Assembly: GCF_044647545.1 (NCBI RefSeq)
Contig: NZ_CP172818.1
Source of the DNA: Escherichia coli
Lineage (GTDB): Bacteria; Pseudomonadota; Gammaproteobacteria; Enterobacterales; Enterobacteriaceae
Strand: one strand, 5' to 3'
DNA: 64,000 nt
Shown: piece by piece, positions 36,118-44,304 of the stretch
Position numbering within the stretch: the first letter of the stretch is position 1
Layout of the letters: each line of letters begins with the position of its first letter
Translations under genes and position numbers: made by a program
The notes under the pieces: model-generated
The model's database searches: none
The model's input: only the letters and a program-made list of their open reading frames with translations
Told to the model about the DNA's origin: nothing

Positions 36118-36277
36118 TACGCCATATGGGCTGGACTGAAGCCGCAGACTTGATTGTTAAAGGTATGGAAGGCGCAATCAACGCCAAGACTGTAACCTAT
36201 GACTTCGAACGTCTGATGGAAGGCGCTAAACTGCTGAAATGTTCAGAGTTTGGTGACGCGATCATCAAGAATATGTA
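36118..36277 (+). pseudogene. icdC: Displaced icd 3' fragment (icdC)
   Basis: Identical to icd 20943-21103 and lacks the 5' 1.1 kb of the gene. Confidence 0.9.
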
Positions 36278-36329
36278 ATTACTACATGTGTTAAATATTG
36301 TAACGGGCGTATAACACGCCCGTTGTTTT
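36118..36329 (+). repeat. Right 212-bp direct repeat (attR side)
   Basis: Identical to 20943-21154. Includes the terminator hairpin at 36302-36324. Confidence 0.9.
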
Positions 36330-36380
36330 ATTTATGTGGGTATTATTAATAGCACATTGAGCATATTTATATGAAGCCCA

Positions 36381-36704
36381 TTACTTGAGCCCATATGGGC
36401 ATATTTTTATAATGCAACTATTATGCAAACATTTATTTGTTATTTTGCTTTCTCCTGGAGGACACTCTTGACTGCTTTTGAGTAAACTCCATAAATCCTT
36501 GTTGAATGGTGCGATGTTATAAATAGTAATAGGATATTCTTTATCCTTAAGGATAATACCAGATTTAACCGGTGTAAATATCCTGCCAGGAGGAAGAAAT
36601 ATAGTGGATTGATACCAGATGATCATTTTCATATCACCCCATATGGCTGAAAAAGATATGCCGCATGTAGGTTGAATTACCGTGTCAATTACTATCCACT
36701 TCAT
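36381..36704 (-). CDS. iraM: Anti-adaptor IraM (stabilises RpoS by blocking RssB)
   Basis: 107-aa ORF recognised as IraM/YcgW ([18 protein letters not shown]...). Confidence 0.88.
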   Translation of the reverse strand: MKWIVIDTVIQPTCGISFSAIWGDMKMIIWYQSTIFLPPGRIFTPVKSGIILKDKEYPITIYNIAPFNKDLWSLLKSSQECPPGESKITNKCLHNSCIIKICPYGLK

Positions 36705-37145
36705 TTGTTATGTCTTATCCCACGGTGCTTAATATAGTTCATTTGGATGTTCATTTCTTGATTTTGCATATGTGTATATTACTCCCAAAAAAATAAATTA
36801 ATTAAAAATTAATGTCATTATCTATATAAAACAAAATTTAAAGCAAGGAATCTCAATAGAGATTAAACAAAATGAGATTTAGTGAAAACATTAAATTATT
36901 CACTTCGTTTTAGATTTGTTTAGCTAAAATGTTATACATTCAAATGACTGAATATTCTGTAATTAAAACATAGCCTTTATGCTACTTTGAGCCAATTTGC
37001 TAAACATTATGGTTGGCCTTTTAATATAACGATAATGATGAATATAAGCATGACCTGAGAATAAGGTTTCAATTTTTTAGTTATATAAAAATGGTTAAAC
37101 CCGTTCCTGACTAAAATACATATAATCGGATGATGACTAAACCAA

Positions 37146-37220
37146 AACACATGTGCGTTAAGTATTGAAACGGGCGTATGGCACGCCCGTTGGTTTTATA
37201 AATATGTTAACCGTTATAAA
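37146..37220 (+). repeat. Degenerate third copy of the icd-terminator/att region
   Basis: acacatgtgcgttaagtattgaaacgggcgtatggcacgcccgttggtttt parallels acatgtgttaaatattgtaacgggcgtataacacgcccgttgtttt. The downstream taaccgttataaaa resembles taacggttatcaaaa of the e14 left arm. Confidence 0.6.
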
Positions 37221-37406
37221 ATAACGTATAGAAAGTCAAGTGATCACATTTCAAATATTAAGTTGATAGTATTGGCCTGGTGATTATTTATGGGTGGCAA
37301 TAAAAAGACAGTATTTATCATCCATAGGGATAGTCTCTGCACTTTTATTTCCATTATGCTAATGCCTTACTGAATTATGAAGCATTTCTTAAGCTTCCAA
37401 CTTTAG

Positions 37407-37811
37407 CTAGATTAATGGTTTATTGTTTTCTACATCTTCAATATATAAAAGCGTATTATCAATGGCGTAGTAACTGCGTTTGTTATGATTAACATCAGTA
37501 ACCCACCGGAAAACGCCCGCGTCTGCCAGTGTTGAACAGTATTCCCGAAATGTAGATTTTCCGCAAATATGAAGCAATGCGGCCTCTTTTATTTTAGCAG
37601 GGTTCTTGGTCGTACTAACTTTTAACAGGTTCCTGGTTCCTCTTAATAACAAAACCGTGTCATCGTGAGTAATAATTCTGATGTTATCCGTAGCTAGATA
37701 ATAAATGTAATGTGCAATACGGTGATGTTTTAATTCTGAATAAAACCAGGAGAAGTTTTGCTCTTTTCTCACTTGCTCAAACATCTTTTGAAAAACAACG
37801 ACCTGATCCAT
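37407..37811 (-). CDS. ycgX: DUF1398-family prophage-type protein YcgX
   Basis: 134-aa ORF recognised as YcgX. Confidence 0.82.
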   Translation of the reverse strand: MDQVVVFQKMFEQVRKEQNFSWFYSELKHHRIAHYIYYLATDNIRIITHDDTVLLLRGTRNLLKVSTTKNPAKIKEAALLHICGKSTFREYCSTLADAGVFRWVTDVNHNKRSYYAIDNTLLYIEDVENNKPLI

Positions 37812-38031
37812 CAGGATAATAACCTCTTGTTAGTTGTGAGACTGCGTAGTGTGCACGATCGGTTTTACCACTTCAATCTGGTCTGTCCTTTGGCTGTGAT
37901 ATGTACAAAGTGTGAAAGGGGGATTACCTGAATTCTCCCGGTGAGCATTTTGTAATGGACCAGCTCCGGTACAAACGCTGTTGTGGGTTCAGATTATAAC
38001 ATTCTGTCTAAGGGGCGGGATAAAGGTGAAA

Positions 38032-38763
38032 TTAGGGGGCATGGAAGATGACTTTATAACCTTGCTCACCCCAGTGTTGTAAAAGTTCGTTTTGCCTTCT
38101 CGTTGGTGCCATGCCTGTCCAGACAATTAATGTTTGCGTCGGGAACAGTTCCGGGCGCGGCGATTCAATGGGATCAGCAAGAACAGAAATGTGCCATCCT
38201 GACAATGATAAACGCCATGCTTCCAGCCACAATCGTGCTCTCTCTTCAACATTCCACGCCATCAGAATGGCTTCTTTACCGGGCTTACGGCGCATTTCGA
38301 AAAGCGAGGCTGCTGCGTATTCAATTAATGCGCCGTCAAACATACTGCTCATAATGCGGGAGGTGTTGTGATCAAGCACGAGACGCTGGCGAACAGGAAG
38401 GTAAACATGATTAATCAATTGATCTACTGGGTACTCTCGGCCCAGTGAAATAATTCTCGCGCGTAGTTTGGCAGGATTAGCCATACGAAGAATTGACATC
38501 ATCTCTTCTTGCAGGCGGCTCCAGTCATCTTCCGTATCCTGGCTGGTGGTTTCCAGTAATGCTTTAACTTTGCCTACAGGGACGCCATTACTTATCCAAC
38601 GCTTGATCTCTTCGATGCGTTGTATGTCTTCTTCATCAAAGAGTCGGTGTCCGCCTTCACTGCGCTGTGGTTTTAACAAACCGTAGCGGCGTTGCCAGGC
38701 CCGGAGAGTGACAGGATTAATCCCGCAACGTTCAGCAACATCACCAATGCTGTAATAAGCCAC
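38032..38763 (-). CDS. bluR: MerR-family repressor BluR (YcgE)
   Basis: 243 aa. N-terminal Mer[32 protein letters not shown]. Confidence 0.92.
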   Translation of the reverse strand: MAYYSIGDVAERCGINPVTLRAWQRRYGLLKPQRSEGGHRLFDEEDIQRIEEIKRWISNGVPVGKVKALLETTSQDTEDDWSRLQEEMMSILRMANPAKLRARIISLGREYPVDQLINHVYLPVRQRLVLDHNTSRIMSSMFDGALIEYAAASLFEMRRKPGKEAILMAWNVEERARLWLEAWRLSLSGWHISVLADPIESPRPELFPTQTLIVWTGMAPTRRQNELLQHWGEQGYKVIFHAP

Positions 38764-38814
38764 AATTCCTCCTTGCGGTCACAAATCTCCGTCGCCTGTA
38801 CACGACCCAATAAT

Positions 38815-38848
38815 ACTTTGTACAATATACGCTAAAATTGTACAAAGT
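38815..38848. promoter_or_regulatory. Perfect 12-bp-arm palindrome upstream of bluR
   Basis: actttgtacaat-N10-attgtacaaagt, located 52-85 nt upstream of the bluR ATG. Confidence 0.5.
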
Positions 38849-38967
38849 ATAAATAAGATTTCAGCTAAATTGAATGAAACATTATTTTTAATGTGGATTA
38901 AATTTAAACATAACGTATTCATTTTCACGATGATTTTCAGAAATCATACGAAATAATGTGCTGGAAA

Positions 38968-40179
38968 TTATTTTTTCTCCGGCCACGCAACTGAAGGGAT
39001 ACCATTCAATTTAGCTTTCGCAAACAGATCTCCCTGAAACATCTCAATTCCTGCAGATTCAAGCCACATCCACTCTTCTGGTGTTGTCACACCCATAGCA
39101 GAGACTTGAATTTCAAGTGATGTACAGCATTTTATGATCGCTTGAATAATTGCCTGCCGTGGCCCGCTTTTATGAACATTGGTAATCAATTCCTGACTGA
39201 TTTTAATTCTGTCAGGCTGGAAGCGTGACAGGAGTAACAAACCGGCAAAACCTGCGCCAAAATGATCAATTGCTACACTGATACCGGCAGCCTTAAGCGA
39301 TTTAATCGCTTCTGCAAACTCATCAAACCGAGATATGACTTCACTTTCAGTAAATTCAACGATGATTTGTTCAGGCACCAGAGCATTGGCCTTTATTTCA
39401 TCAAGTAAAAAAGAGACTGCGTCAGGTTCGTTAACCAGGGTCATAGGTAATAGATTGATTGAAATCATTTTATCACCGAGCTCAAGTGCGTGTGCCATCG
39501 CGAATGCAAGCGCCTTACTTTTGAGATCCGCTGTATAGATTTCCCCGTCTTTACGCTGCCCAACCGCTATAGCTGATGGGCTATCTTCATTTTTTTGCAC
39601 AATGGCTTCAAAAGCGATTATCCGCCGCGATAAGGGATCGACAATAGGATGAAAGGCAAAGTGGTCGTTTATAGTTGGTGAAAGGGTACAGGAATCAAGT
39701 TCTTTATCAGATCCGTCAGCGATAAAAAGCCAGGAGTCTTCGGCAGGGATCTCGAAATAGGTTGCTTGTTCGGTTGCAAGGACAAAAGTACGAAAAAATT
39801 GTAGCGCTCTGTCATCATAAGTTAGCTGAAATTTTGATGTGCCTTTGTCGAATACGGCCTGTAAAACGTCATCTCGCTCGTGCAGGCGCAAATCAAATAA
39901 TTCCATTCCCGCTTTGTCAAAACGGCGAGCAGGCGCGTAATCGCACATCAGCTCAACAATATTATAGTGCCGTGGATCCTGGCATATAGCCCGATATATC
40001 ATTTTAACCTGTTCTTCCGGACCTTCCAGAAGCTGGAAAAAATGAGAACCATTAAACAGTAAGATCCCTGTTACGTCAGACAGCATGTTCCTGCGATTTG
40101 CTATCGAAACCATTTCTTCGATTTTTTTGACAGGTTCGTCGTCACGTATATGGCTACGATAAATAAGGGTGGTAAGCAT
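38968..40179 (-). CDS. bluF: Blue-light sensor BluF (BLUF + degenerate EAL domain)
   Basis: Track ORF trimmed to ATG 40179 (MLTTLIYRS). BLUF core LLFNGSHFFQLLEG. The EAL position reads EAI. Confidence 0.92.
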   Translation of the reverse strand: MLTTLIYRSHIRDDEPVKKIEEMVSIANRRNMLSDVTGILLFNGSHFFQLLEGPEEQVKMIYRAICQDPRHYNIVELMCDYAPARRFDKAGMELFDLRLHERDDVLQAVFDKGTSKFQLTYDDRALQFFRTFVLATEQATYFEIPAEDSWLFIADGSDKELDSCTLSPTINDHFAFHPIVDPLSRRIIAFEAIVQKNEDSPSAIAVGQRKDGEIYTADLKSKALAFAMAHALELGDKMISINLLPMTLVNEPDAVSFLLDEIKANALVPEQIIVEFTESEVISRFDEFAEAIKSLKAAGISVAIDHFGAGFAGLLLLSRFQPDRIKISQELITNVHKSGPRQAIIQAIIKCCTSLEIQVSAMGVTTPEEWMWLESAGIEMFQGDLFAKAKLNGIPSVAWPEKK

Positions 40180-40426
40180 TAACTGTCCAGGGTAATGGGA
40201 GAGGCGAGAGTAAGACGGTAACAGACATATCTTCCGGTGTCTTTCTTTTAATACCAAAACATAACTGTTTCTTTACATTGATAAAAAATGGAAAAAGTTG
40301 AAGATGAGTTGGCGAAAATTTTTGTATAGGTTGTTATTTAAATGATGCAATATTTTTTATCATAACCTGTTGTTTTGTATGTATTAGCACTAAATGCAAA
40401 AAATTAATTTATCATTTTGTACACAT

Positions 40427-40447
40427 ATTTCGTACAAGTTTGCTATT
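40427..40447. promoter_or_regulatory. GTACAA palindrome in the ycgZ promoter region (candidate BluR operator)
   Basis: ttgtac-N9-gtacaa, located 46-66 nt upstream of the ycgZ ATG. Confidence 0.45.
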
Positions 40448-40492
40448 GTTACCTCACTTAACATTGATTAACATTTTTAACAGAGGCGTAGC

Positions 40493-40729
40493 ATGCATCA
40501 AAATTCAGTGACTTTAGATTCTGCGGGAGCAATCACTCGTTACTTTGCAAAAGCTAACTTGCCTACTCAGCAGGAAACTCTCGGAGAAATTGTGACTGAG
40601 ATTTTGAAAGATGGACGTAATCTGAGTCGAAAGTCGCTTTGTGCCAAACTTCTAGGTCGACTGGAACAAGCGACAGGGGAAGAGGAACAGAAACATTATA
40701 ATGCACTAATTGGGTTGCTTTTTGAATAA
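40493..40729 (+). CDS. ycgZ: Small two-component connector protein YcgZ
   Basis: 78-aa ORF, first gene of the ycgZ-ymgA-ariR-ymgC cluster. Confidence 0.88.
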   Translation: MHQNSVTLDSAGAITRYFAKANLPTQQETLGEIVTEILKDGRNLSRKSLCAKLLGRLEQATGEEEQKHYNALIGLLFE

Positions 40730-40771
40730 TGCAACAGCCTGATTATTTAACAGGTTAGCTATGAAGTCGTT

Positions 40772-41044
40772 ATGAAGACATCTGATAATGAAAGTACAAA
40801 ATATGAAATTACTGGCCAGGCGGTGCTCCAGATACTGCGCATGAAGATAAATTTTTCGTTGCAGACTCTTATTAAGCAATTACTCGTAATGAAATCTGTT
40901 GAGGAAAATGCTTTCCGACGAGATTTAATTGACAGCATAATTCGTGATTTTAGTAACAGTGATACAGGAGGGCCAAACAGAAGAACAGCGATAACTGACA
41001 ATAAAAGTATTTTCAATGGTAAGAAAATAAACAGAATACATTAA
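40772..41044 (+). CDS. ymgA: Small connector protein YmgA
   Basis: 90-aa ORF recognised as YmgA. Confidence 0.88.
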   Translation: MKTSDNESTKYEITGQAVLQILRMKINFSLQTLIKQLLVMKSVEENAFRRDLIDSIIRDFSNSDTGGPNRRTAITDNKSIFNGKKINRIH

Positions 41045-41072
41045 AATTTCATAAGTAAGATGAGAGGTTACT

Positions 41073-41339
41073 ATGCTTGAAGATACTACTATTCATAATG
41101 CAATAGCTGATAAAGCGTTATCAAGTTACTTTCGCAGTTCGGGTAATTTGTTAGAAGAAGAGTCAGCTGTGTTAGGGCAGGCTGTCACCAATTTAATGCT
41201 TTCAGGCGATAATGTTAATAATAAAAATATTATCTTAAGTCTGATACACTCCCTGGAAACAACAAATGATATCCTCAAAGCTGATGTGATCAGAAAAACA
41301 CTGGAAATCGTGTTGCGATACACAGCGGATGATATGTGA
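41073..41339 (+). CDS. ariR: AriR (YmgB), acid-resistance/biofilm regulator
   Basis: 88-aa ORF recognised as AriR. Confidence 0.88.
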   Translation: MLEDTTIHNAIADKALSSYFRSSGNLLEEESAVLGQAVTNLMLSGDNVNNKNIILSLIHSLETTNDILKADVIRKTLEIVLRYTADDM

Positions 41340-41451
41340 CTTTTAATTATTAAGTATAAATTTATAGAAAACTCATTCATCTTATTTTTGTCTGTCGCTT
41401 TAGACTATACACAGCATAATTTTATTGGGTTAATATTTCTACGAGGCTGAC

Positions 41452-41700
41452 ATGAATAATTCAATCCCAGAGAGATTTATTTTGCAATGTGCTTTGTTTA
41501 AAAATCTCGAGAGGGAGGTGTTCATGACGCATGGGTATGTTGATAGTTATATTATTGATCAGGCTTTACGCTTGCGTTTAAAAGATGAAACCAGTGTGAT
41601 TCTTTCTGATCTCTATCTGCAAATATTGCAGTACATTGAAATGCATAAGACTACACTAACGGATATCATTATTAATGACAGGGAATCCGTGATCTCTTAG
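41452..41700 (+). CDS. ymgC: Small protein YmgC
   Basis: 82-aa ORF, last gene of the cluster. Confidence 0.8.
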   Translation: MNNSIPERFILQCALFKNLEREVFMTHGYVDSYIIDQALRLRLKDETSVILSDLYLQILQYIEMHKTTLTDIIINDRESVIS

Positions 41701-41794
41701 AACTTGAGTAAGGTTATAGAATAAACATCAGCTGTATTACCATGCTGGTGCAAAGTGAGCATTTCAGGCGTTATGCTTTCTTAATATGTCCGCA

Positions 41795-41848
41795 ATATCA
41801 GGTGTCAAGAATGGAGAGTTCTCGCTCTCCATTCTTGACACCTGATAT
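41795..41848. repeat. Perfect 24-bp-stem inverted repeat
   Basis: atatcaggtgtcaagaatggagag - ttctcg - ctctccattcttgacacctgatat. No flanking T-run. Confidence 0.9.
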
Positions 41849-42031
41849 CCCGCCTAATTTATTTTATCCTATCTACATTATGCTCAATAATTAATGGGTT
41901 AGATCAAGATGGAGAAAATTTTATCTTCGGCGTGGATATTTCTTATGCTCTCTACCATGCTCTCTGTAGACGCCAGCGCGAGCGAATGAACGTCATTTTC
42001 ATGTATTAAACCCTTTGTTCGGGACAAGCGA

Positions 42032-43555
42032 ATGCGCAATACACTCATACCCATCCTCGTTGCGATATGCTTGTTTATAACCGGTGTCGCTATTTTGAAC
42101 ATCCAGCTCTGGTACTCCGCAAAAGCAGAGTACCTGGCGGGAGCGAGATATGCCGCCAACAATATCAATCATATACTTGAAGAAGCATCACAGGCGACTC
42201 AAACAGCGGTTAACATTGCCGGGAAGGAATGCGACCTCGAGGAGCAATATCAGCTTGGCACTGAAGCAGCTCTGAAACCTCACCTGCGCACAATCATCAT
42301 TCTCAAACAGGGAACGGTCTGGTGTACATCCTTACCGGGGAATCGGGTCCTGCTGTCTCGTATTCCTGTTGTCCCGGACAGTAATTTACTGTTGGCTCCG
42401 GCAATCGACACCGTTAATAGATTACCTATCCTGCTCTATCAGAGCCAATTTGCAGATACGCGCATTTTGGTTACGATAAGTGATCAGCATATTCGCGGGG
42501 CGCTTAATGTACCCTTGAAAGGGGTAAGGTATGTATTACGCGTGGCGGATGACATTATTGGACCTACGGGTGATGTGATGACGCTTAATGGACATTATCC
42601 CTATACCGAGAAGGTTCACTCCACAAAATATCATTTCACTATTATCTTTAACCCGCCACCACTCTTTAGCTTCTACAGACTTATCGATAAAGGCTTTGGG
42701 ATATTGATATTTATTCTGTTAATCGCCTGCGCCGCTGCTTTGCTGCTTGATAGGTATTTCAATAAAAGCGCAACGCCTGAAGAGATCCTGCGACGGGCTA
42801 TAAATAATGGGGAGATCGTCCCTTTTTACCAACCTGTGGTAAATGGTCGGGAAGGGACATTGCGGGGAGTTGAGGTGTTAGCCCGCTGGAAACAACCTCA
42901 CGGTGGATATATATCACCCGCGGCATTTATTCCACTTGCTGAAAAATCCGGATTAATCGTTCCGCTTACGCAAAGCCTGATGAATCAGGTTGCCAGACAG
43001 ATGAACGCTATCTCGAGTAAACTGCCGGAGGGTTTTCATATTGGAATTAATTTTAGCGCCTCGCATATTATTTCGCCGACGTTTGTCGACGAGTGCTTAA
43101 ATTACCGTGACAGTTTTACCCGCCGCGATTTAAACCTCGTTCTGGAAGTCACCGAGCGTGAGCCATTAAATGTTGATGAAAGTCTGGTTCAGCGGTTGAA
43201 CATTCTGCATGAAAATGGTTTTGTCATCGCGCTGGATGATTTCGGTACTGGCTACTCAGGGCTTTCTTATCTGCATGACCTGCATATTGATTATATCAAA
43301 ATTGATCACAGTTTCGTTGGCCGCGTCAACGCAGACCCAGAATCAACCCGAATTCTGGATTGTGTATTGGATCTGGCGCGTAAACTTTCGATCAGTATCG
43401 TCGCTGAAGGTGTCGAAACGAAAGAACAACTTGATTATCTGAACCAAAATAATATCACATTTCAGCAGGGTTATTATTTCTATAAACCTGTTACATACAT
43501 CGACCTGGTCAAAATTATCCTTTCTAAACCGAAGGTGAAGGTTGTGGTTGAGTGA
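42032..43555 (+). CDS. pdeG: CSS-domain membrane c-di-GMP phosphodiesterase-family protein PdeG (YcgG)
   Basis: 507 aa with two TM segments flanking a periplasmic domain. EAL domain with EVLARW and DDFGTGYS. Confidence 0.9.
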   Translation: MRNTLIPILVAICLFITGVAILNIQLWYSAKAEYLAGARYAANNINHILEEASQATQTAVNIAGKECDLEEQYQLGTEAALKPHLRTIIILKQGTVWCTSLPGNRVLLSRIPVVPDSNLLLAPAIDTVNRLPILLYQSQFADTRILVTISDQHIRGALNVPLKGVRYVLRVADDIIGPTGDVMTLNGHYPYTEKVHSTKYHFTIIFNPPPLFSFYRLIDKGFGILIFILLIACAAALLLDRYFNKSATPEEILRRAINNGEIVPFYQPVVNGREGTLRGVEVLARWKQPHGGYISPAAFIPLAEKSGLIVPLTQSLMNQVARQMNAISSKLPEGFHIGINFSASHIISPTFVDECLNYRDSFTRRDLNLVLEVTEREPLNVDESLVQRLNILHENGFVIALDDFGTGYSGLSYLHDLHIDYIKIDHSFVGRVNADPESTRILDCVLDLARKLSISIVAEGVETKEQLDYLNQNNITFQQGYYFYKPVTYIDLVKIILSKPKVKVVVE

Positions 43556-43686
43556 AAATCGATCAGTAAGGCCATGGTGCGGTGTAATTATAGACAGCTA
43601 ATTAGCTCGTTGCCTCTTGTTACTATTGTTCATTATTTTGTTTGCTATAATTGTTTGAAAGTTTTGACAGGATTGCCATTAGTAGC

Positions 43687-43905
43687 ATGAACAATAGTAA
43701 TAATCTGGATTATTTCACTCTCTATATCATCTTTTCCATTGCATTTATGCTGATCACTCTCCTGGTCATCCTTATTGCAAAACCCAGTACCGGGCTGGGA
43801 GAAGTGCTTGTGACGATAAATTTGCTTAATGCCCTTGTTTGGCTGGCGATCAATCTGGTTAATCGATTAAGGGAAAGACTCGTCAGCCACAGGGATCAGC
43901 ACTAA
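43687..43905 (+). CDS. ymgF: Small inner-membrane protein YmgF
   Basis: Track ORF trimmed to ATG 43687 (MNNSNNLDYFTLYIIF). 72 aa, two TM segments. Confidence 0.78.
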   Translation: MNNSNNLDYFTLYIIFSIAFMLITLLVILIAKPSTGLGEVLVTINLLNALVWLAINLVNRLRERLVSHRDQH

Positions 43906-44304
43906 ACTTTCAGTTTCTCACTGTCAGTATGCGGCTGAATGGGTTGCTGGCAGTGAACGCCTGGATCATTGAAGGAAAGGTATTATTGCGCAAATAGTTG
44001 TCAACCCTGGTGTTATCACAGTTGTTTTTATATATCATCGAAATAATTCCCATGGCAACTATTAATAATTTTGATGTCGAAGAGTTATTTGTTAAACAAA
44101 ATCGTCACTCCAAAGTGATCAATGTCATGAAAATAAGGTGAAAAATGATAATGCTGACTTATTTATCATTTATGTATTGTCGCTGTTTATCTATTTAAAT
44201 TTCTTGTGCTTTTGTTTTTGTCTTTACCCTCCGTTTTGGTAATCTGAACTCATAGGTTATTTGACCAGGAATGTTTGTTAATCCAATGAATGGATGGTTA
44301 ATCT

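Noticed and set aside
36715-36760. Possible PhoP box upstream of iraM (agttcatttggatgttca on the plus strand).
   Set aside because: By my count the hexamers are GTTCA rather than GTTTA and the repeat period is 12 rather than 11. The orientation relative to iraM is also unclear, so this is not enough to call.
27681-38848. Similarity between the e14 operators (TGTAC-N7-GTACA) and the blue-light locus palindromes (GTACAA).
   Set aside because: The shared element is only the self-complementary tetramer GTAC in AT-rich DNA. Spacing and flanks differ, so this is probably coincidence.
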